Below are positions 55,451-64,000 of a stretch of DNA of 64,000 nt, one piece after another. The position numbers and the translations under genes are program-made. Under the pieces are notes generated by a model, which searched no databases, was not told where the DNA came from, and saw nothing but the letters and a program-made list of their open reading frames with translations. Source of the DNA: a virus (lineage: Duplodnaviria > Caudoviricetes); the IMG/VR virus record IMGVR_UViG_3300027983_002388; one strand, written 5' to 3'. The number at the start of each line of letters is the position of its first letter. The stretch's first letter is position 1.

Positions 55451-56071
55451 ATGGACGACTCAAACGATTTGAAATTTGAAAATATGAATTTTGATGATAG
55501 AGGTAGCAATGCTTGGAGCCGCAAGGATCGTTGTGCTTTTCATTTGAAAGTTGAAAAATTTATATTTCAGAGGCTTAGTCAAGAGTTGCCCGGAAAACTT
55601 GAACGAGCATCTGAAATTGTTGATAAATATGAAAAAGTTGATTGGTTTTGGAATGATGCTTTGTGTGCCATCAAAACTCGTCAAATGAATAGTGGACCTG
55701 ATTTATTGATAGATGTTTACGAGCCATTTAGTGGTTTTTTGTCTGATGAAAATGTCTTGGCAAGAGATATGCAAAAGGCATATGCGGCGATAGCTCATTT
55801 GGAAAACACAAAAACAACTCTGAGTGTTGTGTGCGGACTTGAAGTTCACAGTATCATTAAAAACATAATACAAGAAAACGAAGAGAAAATTTCAGATGGA
55901 GAAATCTCTAATTCTCATGAACCCAAAAGAGTATTTTCATCGGATATACATTCGGATTGTCATTTTAAGGTTGTTATTGATGCCTACTCGAATAAGAAAA
56001 AATTAGTTGCAATTCTTCCTATTTCTTATTTGACCATAATCAAACAAATACCACTAAATCCTAATACATAG
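55451..56071 (+). CDS. Hypothetical protein
   Basis: 206-aa ORF. Confidence 0.65.
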   Translation: MDDSNDLKFENMNFDDRGSNAWSRKDRCAFHLKVEKFIFQRLSQELPGKLERASEIVDKYEKVDWFWNDALCAIKTRQMNSGPDLLIDVYEPFSGFLSDENVLARDMQKAYAAIAHLENTKTTLSVVCGLEVHSIIKNIIQENEEKISDGEISNSHEPKRVFSSDIHSDCHFKVVIDAYSNKKKLVAILPISYLTIIKQIPLNPNT

Positions 56072-56317
56072 GGCATGTTTCAATATTAAACGGCCATTAA
56101 AAGCCGACCGATATTGGGAGTTTTCCGGCAGGCTGCTCGCCAAGGTGCGAGTGGACGACCCACAAGTTGGAAAAATGGATAGTCATATTCCCTGATGGGG
56201 AGACGTTCAACTGAGCAGCAACATAACGCTCAAGCGATTCATCCTTGGTTTATGACAGGTCAAGTCCGCAACCGAGCAATTTGTGTCGAAAATGGAATCT
56301 ACTTTGAGGAATCTAAA

Positions 56318-56494
56318 ATGAAATATCGTATTTGCGAAATGACGCTCAATGAGTATGTCAATCATCCCACTGAAGTTAAAATTGATGAAGTCGAGGCCAA
56401 CTCGATGGAAGAAGCTCGTAAGGTTGCCGCCATGCGGTGGCCAAATAGAGAAATTAAAGTGATCGCAGAGAATAACTCTGTTGATTGCAACTGA
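56318..56494 (+). CDS. Small hypothetical protein
   Basis: GAGGA SD; VEANSMEEA motif. Confidence 0.6.
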   Translation: MKYRICEMTLNEYVNHPTEVKIDEVEANSMEEARKVAAMRWPNREIKVIAENNSVDCN

Positions 56495-56540
56495 GAGAAA
56501 TGTTAAAGTAATCTCCAAAGGTCAACTATCACTACCCTAA

Positions 56541-56575
56541 AGAAGTTTGGGTCGGAGTACCGACCCAAACTTTCT
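56541..56575. terminator. Hairpin/terminator
   Basis: AAGTTTGGGTCGG-AGTA-CCGACCCAAACTT. Confidence 0.65.
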
Positions 56576-56603
56576 ACGCCTGCTCGCTCTTAGGTGAAAA
56601 ACT

Positions 56604-57092
56604 ATGTCACAAGATGCACCCGTTGAAATTGTCAAGGTTATTGTTCAAGGTCGAGAGATCGAACTCAACCCTAAGAACATGAAGTACAACGAAAACACCT
56701 TGGGCGAATACATGGGCAAGGAGTATGGGTGGGTCGATTATCTCGGCAAGCAGCTTGAGTACGCTCAAAAAGAAGTTTTGTTTGCCGACATAGAAGTTGA
56801 TCGCCTTTTTAGTCTCCGTTACATAGAGGCGAAAGAAAAAGGAGAATCAGAAGGCTATTCAAAGGCTTTCGCCCTTTCTCGTGACGACGTGGTTGCAGCT
56901 AAGAAATATTTAGCTGAACGTAAGGAAGCTGTTGGACATATCAAGGCACACCTGAAAGCCTTTGATAAGAACCACGAGAATGCTCAGAATCGAGGACATA
57001 CGCTTCGTAAAGAATTGGACAAGCTCAATCGAGACATCTATGTATCGCCGGATGATGCCACTTGTACCTTTGAAGATGTGTTGAAGGAGTAG
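56604..57092 (+). CDS. Possible UvsY-like recombination mediator
   Basis: All-helical 162 aa with T4 UvsY-like layout, near replication genes. Confidence 0.45.
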   Translation: MSQDAPVEIVKVIVQGREIELNPKNMKYNENTLGEYMGKEYGWVDYLGKQLEYAQKEVLFADIEVDRLFSLRYIEAKEKGESEGYSKAFALSRDDVVAAKKYLAERKEAVGHIKAHLKAFDKNHENAQNRGHTLRKELDKLNRDIYVSPDDATCTFEDVLKE

Positions 57093-57095
57093 TAT

Positions 57096-57686
57096 GTGGT
57101 CGATCCTACCAAGATTACCAATTATCATCTCACGCACGCACAGACAGAGGAAGTTCTTCTGTTTTGGGTTTGTGCAGCAGGCAAAAATGGCGTCACCGCC
57201 GCCAGATGCTTAGAGAGACTTCTCTCAACTTGGCGGGAGAGGGCGTCCAAACTCAAAGCAAATCCATCGCCGTTTGATATTGTTCAATACATTTCTGACA
57301 TTGGCGATCTTGCTGATGAAATGAAAAATCATGGCATTGGTTGTTACAACGCCAAGGCAAAAACTTTTTTGGCACTTGCTCTAAGTGCTATGAATTTCAA
57401 AAAATGTTCAGTTGAAGATTTGGAATCTTTTCCTGGCATCGGTCCCAAGACTGCCCGGTGTTTTTTAATTCATAGCCGTCCTAATCAGCAATATGCTGGT
57501 CTTGATACGCACGTTCTCAAGTTTCTTCGTGACAAAGGACATGAAGTTCCTAAAACAACTCCCACTGGCAAAAAATATCGTGATTTGGAAGCGGTGTTTT
57601 TGAAATATGTGGCCGAGTCCGGCATGAACGTGGCGGACTTTGATTTGATGATTTGGAACGACTATAGGAACAGGAAAGCGGCATGA
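57096..57686 (+). CDS. HhH-GPD DNA glycosylase-like protein
   Basis: LESFPGIGPKTA HhH motif, GLDTHV. Confidence 0.75.
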   Translation: MVDPTKITNYHLTHAQTEEVLLFWVCAAGKNGVTAARCLERLLSTWRERASKLKANPSPFDIVQYISDIGDLADEMKNHGIGCYNAKAKTFLALALSAMNFKKCSVEDLESFPGIGPKTARCFLIHSRPNQQYAGLDTHVLKFLRDKGHEVPKTTPTGKKYRDLEAVFLKYVAESGMNVADFDLMIWNDYRNRKAA

Positions 57687-57778
57687 GTAATTTCAAATCT
57701 CTGGTTGGTTTGAAAATTGGAAAACTTTTAATTCTTGAAGAGTTCAAAGATACAAGATGGAAGGTTCATTGTGGATGA
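57683..57778 (+). pseudogene. N-terminal remnant of a homing endonuclease
   Basis: MSNFKSLVGLKIGKLLILEE...RWKVHCG* resembles DLTGxxFGxLTV...WxCxCxCG. Confidence 0.5.
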
Positions 57779-58211
57779 AAAATGGGATAAGAGGTTTATT
57801 GATCTTGCAAAACATTTTGCCAAATGGAGCAAAGACCCAAGCACTCAAGTCGGTGCAGTTATCTTTGATAAAGATAATCGAATTATTTCTGTAGGCTACA
57901 ATGGGCTACCGGCAGGTGTTTCTGATGTTGGTTTAGAAGATAGAGATAGAAAGTATAAAACAATAATACACGCCGAGATGAATGCTATTATATTTGCAAA
58001 TAGAAGTTTGGATGGTTGCCAAATTGCAACGTGGCCTTTCATGCCTTGCTCTAATTGTTCATCTGCAATTATTCAATCGGGGATTGTTAGGTGTGTTTAC
58101 CCCAAAGCAACTGGTGAAAGAGCGATTAGATGGCAGGAATCTTTTAATTTGTCTAAGAGTCAATTTGATGAGGCTGGAGTTGTAACTAAAGAATATGACG
58201 AAATTGATTGA
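57771..58211 (+). CDS. dCMP deaminase
   Basis: SKDPSTQVGA, GYNG, HAEMNAI, PCSNC. Confidence 0.92.
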   Translation: MDEKWDKRFIDLAKHFAKWSKDPSTQVGAVIFDKDNRIISVGYNGLPAGVSDVGLEDRDRKYKTIIHAEMNAIIFANRSLDGCQIATWPFMPCSNCSSAIIQSGIVRCVYPKATGERAIRWQESFNLSKSQFDEAGVVTKEYDEID

Positions 58212-58247
58212 AGCTAAGTTGGTTCTTTTGCATGGCTGATTGGGCAA

Positions 58248-59105
58248 ATGAAATTATCGTTCACTTTAGGTGGTGGTCTTGGGGATTATATCCTCAATTA
58301 TTTAGGCGATCCGGGCAATCGGCTTGCCTACATAATGATGGCTGTCCAGGATATTGAGTTCAGAGTTTCTGCTCAGTGTCCGGCTGGTATTGATCTTGTG
58401 AAGAATTCGCCATATTTCAAATTCCAGCATGTCTATCAAGAAAAGAAGTTCGCTCAGAATAGACTTAAAGATGACATTTCTAACATCGGTAATCTTGCCG
58501 AATATCTAAAAGTTATTCCTCCTCTTTGGCTTTCTTCAGAAGAAGAGGATATTTTGGTCAATGTGGTGCGACCATATGCTGTCTTCCATCCATTTGCCTC
58601 TCACGGGCCTCGCAACCTTACTGCGGCGTTCAATACGACCAACATGGTGCAATGGATCGCAGATGCGTCTGGGATTAACGTAGTCGTTTTGGGGCAAGAG
58701 GATTTTGGATATGAATCTGCTAACGTGAGACACATCAAGGGTAGTCCTCGGTTGGCAACAAAATTGGTGGAGCATTCATCCTTTTTTGTCGGTAGTCATA
58801 GTTCAATGCAGTGTGCTGCGTGGGTTCATGACATACCATCATTCTGCATAGGTCCAAGCCATTTGTTGTTTCACAATTTGTATTCACCGAGCAACAACGA
58901 CTTGTATTTGAAACCCTTATTTAAGGGCAAGAACATATTCATGATGTATGACCAAGCAGATCGGTTCTCTTATTTCTTAGACTATTTTTTAAGGACGGCC
59001 ACTTCTCTACAGCCTCAGCGAACCCCCGAAGAATGTCGGAGGAGGATAGCTCTGTCAGGCATGGCTTCTGAGCTTCTTTTGACTTCGGACAAGCAATCAT
59101 GTTGA
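58248..59105 (+). CDS. GT9-like glycosyltransferase
   Basis: GGGLGD, VFHPFAS, FVGSHSS. Confidence 0.65.
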   Translation: MKLSFTLGGGLGDYILNYLGDPGNRLAYIMMAVQDIEFRVSAQCPAGIDLVKNSPYFKFQHVYQEKKFAQNRLKDDISNIGNLAEYLKVIPPLWLSSEEEDILVNVVRPYAVFHPFASHGPRNLTAAFNTTNMVQWIADASGINVVVLGQEDFGYESANVRHIKGSPRLATKLVEHSSFFVGSHSSMQCAAWVHDIPSFCIGPSHLLFHNLYSPSNNDLYLKPLFKGKNIFMMYDQADRFSYFLDYFLRTATSLQPQRTPEECRRRIALSGMASELLLTSDKQSC

Positions 59106-59952
59106 AACAAGGTCCGCAGTCCCAATCCCCATTGTCTCGATGCTTTTGAACCAGAACAAAATCGTAGTATTTGCCATACAATTTGCCATTGGTGAAAGAG
59201 AATATCCCGATTAAGGGCTTTTTAAGTCCTGCTGCAATATGAAATGTTCCGGTGTCCACCGAGATGACAGCATCGGCCAATTCAACCATAGCGATCCAGG
59301 CTTGTTGGTGAATACTGAATATTTGGTCTACGCCCAAGTTGTCATAGACCACTTGTTTGTCGCTGTGGATGGTAAACACATAGCACCCTATATCTCGCAG
59401 TGCTTTGACGACATCGCTTATTTGATTGTATGTGAGGCTTTTAGCTATTCCACATTGATCGTCACTGGAAGCGGAAGCTACTAATATAGCTGGTTTGCCT
59501 TCTTTGTTGTATCGCTTAAATGCTTCTCGGCATTGGTCTAGTACATTGGCATCTGGTTTCAGCATCATGTTGTGATTGGTCAATGTCACTCCGCAGTGCG
59601 CCGCCCAAATATCGCTGCGATTATCTTTGTTGTCGATTCCTTGGCGGTTTTCATGGACCCGGCAGGCTGTTGAAAGATCGTAAACTACGCCATATTCATC
59701 TTCGTTTACAGACCCCAGATCAATTGCTGTGGCGAATGGGTGGTTTTTGGCCATTTCGACGTATTGTGCAGGACAGGCGAATGTGATCTCGGCTCCAGGA
59801 AAAGCCTGGGAGAAGTCTTCAAACAGCATTCTTTGCACAAGGATGTCACCGTAGCCGCCGCTGCGTCTTTTGATGAGAATCTTGTTGCGTCTTTCTTGGT
59901 GGTCTTTCAACGAAACAGGCTTCTTTACCTTCTTTTTCACCAACTTGAGCAT
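58939..59952 (-). CDS. GT9 (heptosyltransferase-like) glycosyltransferase
   Basis: RRSGGYGDIL, ISVDTGTFHIAAGLKKPLIGIF, CGPCF. Confidence 0.85.
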   Translation of the reverse strand: MLKLVKKKVKKPVSLKDHQERRNKILIKRRSGGYGDILVQRMLFEDFSQAFPGAEITFACPAQYVEMAKNHPFATAIDLGSVNEDEYGVVYDLSTACRVHENRQGIDNKDNRSDIWAAHCGVTLTNHNMMLKPDANVLDQCREAFKRYNKEGKPAILVASASSDDQCGIAKSLTYNQISDVVKALRDIGCYVFTIHSDKQVVYDNLGVDQIFSIHQQAWIAMVELADAVISVDTGTFHIAAGLKKPLIGIFSFTNGKLYGKYYDFVLVQKHRDNGDWDCGPCFNMIACPKSKEAQKPCLTELSSSDILRGFAEAVEKWPSLKNSLRNKRTDLLGHTS

Positions 59953-60007
59953 ATATTTTTCTCGTGTTCTTTCATAACAACCAGATATACAGTTTCTATC
60001 TTCTTCA

Positions 60008-60724
60008 TTATTCCTCCAAGCTCGTGTCTCTTGGCCGGACATATCTGGTGTCATCGGAAAGCAATATTGGCTTAATGGTACGACCACCAGAAGTCGCTAC
60101 GGCAAATTCGTAAATGCTTCGCTTTGGACCGCATACATGCTTTGTTCCAATTGCGTTAAGTTCGATGAGAGCCGTGATTTTTGTCGCAGCTTCACTGGCC
60201 GTTAGTCTGGTAGAGAACTGGTCTTGGTAGGCTTGTTCATGTGGAAATATGTCTGGGAAGAACGACAAGCGGATTATCAGGTGGTCTTTTACACTCTTTG
60301 CAACGTATTCCCCAGCCAATTTGGTTTCGGCATAGTAGTTCATTGGACCCACTTCGTCGCCAACTTTGTAGTTTCCTCGATCTCCTCGAAACACATAATC
60401 CGTGCTGATATAGACCATTTTTGCACCAATGTCATGGCAGAAAGTAGACACATTTGCGGTGCCTACGACATTTGTGAGCATTCCTTCGATTGGCCCGCTG
60501 GTACAGGGTTCCATTTTGAGAGCGGCACAGTGGATGACTGTCGATATGGGGTTTGGGTTTATTTGCTTTATGTATAGAGAGTCTTTTAGTGGTTGACGAA
60601 TATCCATTTCGTGATGTCTTGGCCGGTGTGCATTCGGAAAAAGCCGATGCAGGGCTTCTCCCAATAATCCATGACCGCCAGTGATTAAAACAGCAGAGGT
60701 TGATAATGATTTCGTATTGTCCAT
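60008..60724 (-). CDS. rmlD: dTDP-4-dehydrorhamnose reductase-like SDR (RmlD-like)
   Basis: LITGGHGLLG, IHCAA, YISTDYVF, YYAETK; AGGAG SD before ATG 60724. Confidence 0.8.
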   Translation of the reverse strand: MDNTKSLSTSAVLITGGHGLLGEALHRLFPNAHRPRHHEMDIRQPLKDSLYIKQINPNPISTVIHCAALKMEPCTSGPIEGMLTNVVGTANVSTFCHDIGAKMVYISTDYVFRGDRGNYKVGDEVGPMNYYAETKLAGEYVAKSVKDHLIIRLSFFPDIFPHEQAYQDQFSTRLTASEAATKITALIELNAIGTKHVCGPKRSIYEFAVATSGGRTIKPILLSDDTRYVRPRDTSLEE

Positions 60725-60764
60725 TCGTCTACTCCTGGTACTCTTCTGATAGAGTGATGCTATT

Positions 60765-60935
60765 TTATTTATTGTCAATGCCATATCGACTCTCGTGGAC
60801 CCGGCAGGCTGTTGAAAGATCGTAAACTACGCCATATTCATCGCTACGTCTTTTGATGAGAATCTTGTTGCGTCGTTCTTGGTGGTCTTTCAACGAAACA
60901 GGCTTCTTTACCTTCTTTTTCACCAACTTGAGCAT
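60765..60935 (-). pseudogene. Internally deleted duplicate of the GT9 gene 5' region
   Basis: 56-aa ORF MLKLVKKKV...IKRRS|DEYGVVYDLSTACRVHE...GIDNK*, near-identical to 59952-59860 joined to 59700-59630. Confidence 0.85.
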
Positions 60936-60982
60936 ATTTTTCCTCGTGTTCTAAAATTTCTTCCTCAGTATTATAGATACTG

Positions 60983-61150
60983 TGTCCTTGACTGACTCCC
61001 TAACTTCAGTCCGTGACGCTAACGTAGTTCCGACTGTCTGCATGGAAGTTTGATCTATGGTTGCGAGTGGGAATAGCCAATGCAGGATCAGGATGCTTTA
61101 AGGCACTGATTAGGCGAAAACCAATAGAGGCAAAACCTCGACCAAGGATA
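60983..61150 (+). ncRNA. Candidate structured ncRNA
   Basis: Closing helix TGTCCTTG/CAAGGATA, internal hairpins, possible CTGCAT/ATGCAG pseudoknot; TATAGATA upstream and terminator downstream. Confidence 0.45.
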
Positions 61151-61189
61151 AGGGAACCATTACTCGTATAGTATTGGTTCCCTTTTTTT
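61151..61189 (+). terminator. Intrinsic terminator
   Basis: AGGGAACCA/TGGTTCCCT followed by T-run. Confidence 0.75.
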
Positions 61190-61211
61190 ATGCGATTACA
61201 GAGGATAAATT

Positions 61212-62375
61212 ATGGATCATCAAAAATTGATTTTGTTGCTAGAGCAAGCCATTGAAATTATAAAAGAGGCAGCAGTAGCAATTGAACCGGCAGTAGCAAT
61301 TGAACCGGCAGTAGCAATTGAACCGGCAGTAGCAATTGAACCGGCAGTAGCAATTGAACCGGCAGTAGCAATTGAACCGGCAGTAGCAATTGAACCGGCA
61401 GTAGCAATTGAACCGGCAGTAGCAATTGAACCGGCAGTAGCAATTGAACCGGCAGTAGCAATTGAACCGGCAGTAGCAATTGAACCGGCAGTAGCAATTG
61501 AAACGGCAGTAGCAATTGAACCGGCAGTAGCAATTGAACCGGCAGTAGCAATTGAACTGGCAGTAGCAATTGAACTGGCAGTAGCAATTGAACCGGCAGT
61601 AGCAATTGAACTGGCACTAGCAATTGAACTATTAAAAAGTGAAGAGTGGCCTGAAGCTGTTCCAGATTTTTTGATTTGTGAAGACACAGAATTAGATAAA
61701 ATGGAAAGAGGCGAAGGAATTCTGAGTTACATCAGTGAAAATTTGGAGAATAAAACATTTTTAGATTTCGGATGTGGCGAAGGGCATGTTTCGCACCTAG
61801 CATCCAGCATGACATCTAAAAGTGTAGGATACGATTTATCTCAGTTGGGTTCATTGGGTTGGGAAAAGGAAACGGAATCAAAATTTTTATTGACTACAGA
61901 TTTCAATAAAGTTCTAAACTATGCGCCCTATGATTTAATTCTTTTATATGACGTTTTAGATCATTGTCAAGATGTTTTAATTTTGCTTAACCAACTCAAA
62001 TCTATATGTGGACCAAAAACTAAGGTTTACGTGCGATGCCATAGCTGGATGAGTCGTCACGGCACTCACTTGTACAGAAAATTAAATAAGGCTTGGGTAC
62101 ATTTGTTCTTCACAGATGAAGAACTTAGTGCAATGGGATTGAAACCAGAATATACTAGGAAGTATTTTTTTCCAATAAATACTCAAAAAAAATGGTTTTC
62201 TGATTCTGGGTTTGAAATAATTCATTCAAGCATAGTTAAAACTGAAGTCGAGTCGTTTTTTTCCAAACCGGAGTTAATTTCAAGACTTCCAATTGAGTTC
62301 AAAGATTGTACATACTTACCACCAGAATTTCAAATGAGTCAAGTTTTTAATGATTATGTATTAAAGGTAATTTAA
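61212..62375 (+). CDS. Class I SAM methyltransferase with an N-terminal (AVAIEP)x20 repeat
   Basis: FLDFGCGEGH, VGYDLS, YDLILLYDVLDH. Confidence 0.85.
   Translation: MDHQKLILLLEQAIEIIKEAAVAIEPAVAIEPAVAIEPAVAIEPAVAIEPAVAIEPAVAIEPAVAIEPAVAIEPAVAIEPAVAIEPAVAIEPAVAIETAVAIEPAVAIEPAVAIELAVAIELAVAIEPAVAIELALAIELLKSEEWPEAVPDFLICEDTELDKMERGEGILSYISENLENKTFLDFGCGEGHVSHLASSMTSKSVGYDLSQLGSLGWEKETESKFLLTTDFNKVLNYAPYDLILLYDVLDHCQDVLILLNQLKSICGPKTKVYVRCHSWMSRHGTHLYRKLNKAWVHLFFTDEELSAMGLKPEYTRKYFFPINTQKKWFSDSGFEIIHSSIVKTEVESFFSKPELISRLPIEFKDCTYLPPEFQMSQVFNDYVLKVI
61272..61631 (+). repeat. 18-bp coding tandem repeat x20
   Basis: GCAGTAGCAATTGAACCG; first 12 copies identical. Confidence 0.97.
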
Positions 62376-63274
62376 TGAAATTGATATATGGTATGACGTG
62401 GGATCATCATTATAGTGGCTGGGCAGGTTGCTTGAATTCTCTTCAACAACATTTTGAATGCCTTCCAAATATAGATTTGGTTGGATGTTTAGACCATGCA
62501 ATGGCTCACAATAATTATTTTATTAGTCCGTGGGTTGGTTTTTTACACAATGTTCCAAAGCACCCTCTGCACATGAAAGATATTTATGGAATTTTCGATT
62601 TAGATTTAGAAAGAATGGTTGAGTCTGATTCTTGGAAAGAAAGCATAATTCATTGTAAAAAAATATTCGTATTGTCTCAGTATTCTAAGAATTTTTTAAT
62701 TGATAAAACAAATGTTCCAATTTGCGTTTTGAAACATCCTACTTTTTTCCCCGATGTGAAATTTGATATTGATGGATTTACAAATAGTGACGAAAAGTGT
62801 TTGATTTTAGTAGGGCAATGGCTGAGGGATTTTCAGGCAATTTTCGATATAGAAACTCCATACAAGAAAAAAATTCTTGTTGCAGAGTCATTTCTAAATG
62901 AAGCTATTCATAGAGTTTTCAGAGTTAATGACGATGTCGAGTTTGTAAATTGGTTGCCGAAGGAAGAGTACGATAGACTACTTTCTTCTAATTTGGTTTT
63001 TTGTCCTTTGTTTGACTGTAGTGCTTGCAATACACTCGTCGAGTGTATTGCAAGGAATACTCCAATTGTGTTGCCAAGATTGCCAGCAGCAGAAGAATAT
63101 CTAGGTTCAGACTATCCCTTGTTTTATGATTCTCTTCAAGATGCTTCTGCGTTGATAGAAAATCATGAAAACGTAGTAAAGGCACATTTGTATTTGGTCG
63201 CTATGAATAAACAGGATTTAACATTTGATTATTTTTCTAATTCTTTTTTGAAAAAATTCGTACGCTTCATTTAG
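62375..63274 (+). CDS. GT4-like glycosyltransferase
   Basis: LVGQWLR, ACNTLVECIARNTPIV, EEYLGSDYPLFY. Confidence 0.6.
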   Translation: MKLIYGMTWDHHYSGWAGCLNSLQQHFECLPNIDLVGCLDHAMAHNNYFISPWVGFLHNVPKHPLHMKDIYGIFDLDLERMVESDSWKESIIHCKKIFVLSQYSKNFLIDKTNVPICVLKHPTFFPDVKFDIDGFTNSDEKCLILVGQWLRDFQAIFDIETPYKKKILVAESFLNEAIHRVFRVNDDVEFVNWLPKEEYDRLLSSNLVFCPLFDCSACNTLVECIARNTPIVLPRLPAAEEYLGSDYPLFYDSLQDASALIENHENVVKAHLYLVAMNKQDLTFDYFSNSFLKKFVRFI

Positions 63275-63280
63275 GTTTTT

Positions 63281-64000
63281 ATGTTGCACAATTTCAATCC
63301 TTACAAACTAAATCCTAGTTGGATTCTATGCACTCCAAGAACGGGATCGACTTATCTTTGTAGTCTGCTCAATAACTTAAATGTTTTTCCTTCTTATGAA
63401 ATTCTTCATCCTTCTATGCGAGAAATTCAAATTGAGCATATGGGCATCATGAGTAAAAATCATACATTTGGAGAATGGTTGCGGTTTTATACTTCTGAAC
63501 AAATAGTGGAATCTCCACCACGTTTTACCAAAGCTCTTTTTTATCAATTTTCAAACATTGCTCCCAAGCACTTTAGCTTTCAGACTGTATTGCCTAATAT
63601 TAGGCTTATCGTACTTAAACGATCGAATTTGTTAGATCATACTTCATCTTTGTATTTGGCAAAAAAACTTCAAAGATGGCATTTGCGAAATGAAGAAGAT
63701 TTACGAAATTACGTGAATACAAAAGTTGAAGTTGATGAATCAGAACTTATAAAAACTTATGAAGAAACTATTTCACATTTTAATGTTTGGGATAGTCATC
63801 TAAAAAATGTTACTTATTTAGAAGTGTACTATGAAGACCTATTATCTGATCCGTTCGGTTTCATGAAAAAAATATTGATATTTTTAGAAGTATATGCTTC
63901 TACTAAATTGATTGAAGAAAGTATATTAAATACAAATTTGGAGTTGGTTCCAACCAATCATCCCGCCAAGTACAAAATTATTTCATTTCTTGAAAATCTA
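63281..64000 (+). CDS. Sulfotransferase (Stf0-like), cut by the window end
   Basis: TPRTGSTYL PAPS-binding motif, LKRSNLLDH..SLYLA, VYYEDL; no stop before 64000, so absent from the track. Confidence 0.8.
   Translation, partial: MLHNFNPYKLNPSWILCTPRTGSTYLCSLLNNLNVFPSYEILHPSMREIQIEHMGIMSKNHTFGEWLRFYTSEQIVESPPRFTKALFYQFSNIAPKHFSFQTVLPNIRLIVLKRSNLLDHTSSLYLAKKLQRWHLRNEEDLRNYVNTKVEVDESELIKTYEETISHFNVWDSHLKNVTYLEVYYEDLLSDPFGFMKKILIFLEVYASTKLIEESILNTNLELVPTNHPAKYKIISFLENL

Noticed and set aside
56256-56279. SRP RNA helix 8 (CAGGTCAAGTCCGCAA...AGCA)
   Set aside because: CC-GCAA is followed by CC rather than GG, so the apical stem cannot form, and there is no long flanking helix.
61106-61127. Hammerhead ribozyme (CTGAT...GAAA)
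   Set aside because: The core is CTGATTA rather than CTGATGA, and stems I and III are missing.
61272-61631. CRISPR array
   Set aside because: Contiguous in-frame 18-bp units with no spacers and no cas genes.
61220-61687. Antisense ORFs over the repeat (SIATAG)n and (PVQLLL)n, and over the collagen genes
   Set aside because: These are shadow frames produced by stop-free repeats.
1-64000. Planctomycete chromosome region
   Set aside because: T4-like UvsW, gp41 and gp23 pieces, late-promoter motifs, dense small hypothetical ORFs and truncated aaRS genes fit a jumbo phage better.

Overview
This 64 kb window looks like part of a large T4-like (jumbo) bacteriophage genome rather than a bacterial chromosome. 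It holds dense short ORFs, T4-type replication and recombination genes (UvsW, gp41/DnaB-like helicase, Dda-like helicase, UvsY-like protein), a gp23 capsid fragment and collagen-like fibre genes. It also has host sigma70-type promoters and a separate TATATAA/ATAAATA late-type motif. The EF-Tu effector region ([16 protein letters not shown]) suggests a Planctomycetes host (inference). The most notable feature is a set of translation and RNA-processing parts. (1) A free-standing RNA reproduces the 23S rRNA GTPase-associated centre (H42-H44, L11/thiostrepton site) with compensatory changes, a 38-nt inserted hairpin and its own terminator. (2) An RNase P RNA keeps the catalytic domain but has almost no specificity domain. 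(3) EF-Tu. (4) An editing-less ThrRS. (5) A LeuRS relic with a large internal deletion. (6) Six tRNA-Leu genes, three lacking the long variable arm. (7) A D-armless tRNA-Tyr-like RNA. (8) A Pnk-phosphatase. The window also has about 10 glycosyltransferases plus a sulfotransferase, a family of probable capsid-packaged proteins with FxxW/F..E N-termini, further candidate structured RNAs, and many recent tandem duplications and deletion relics. All calls come from motif recognition by eye; no database searches were run.
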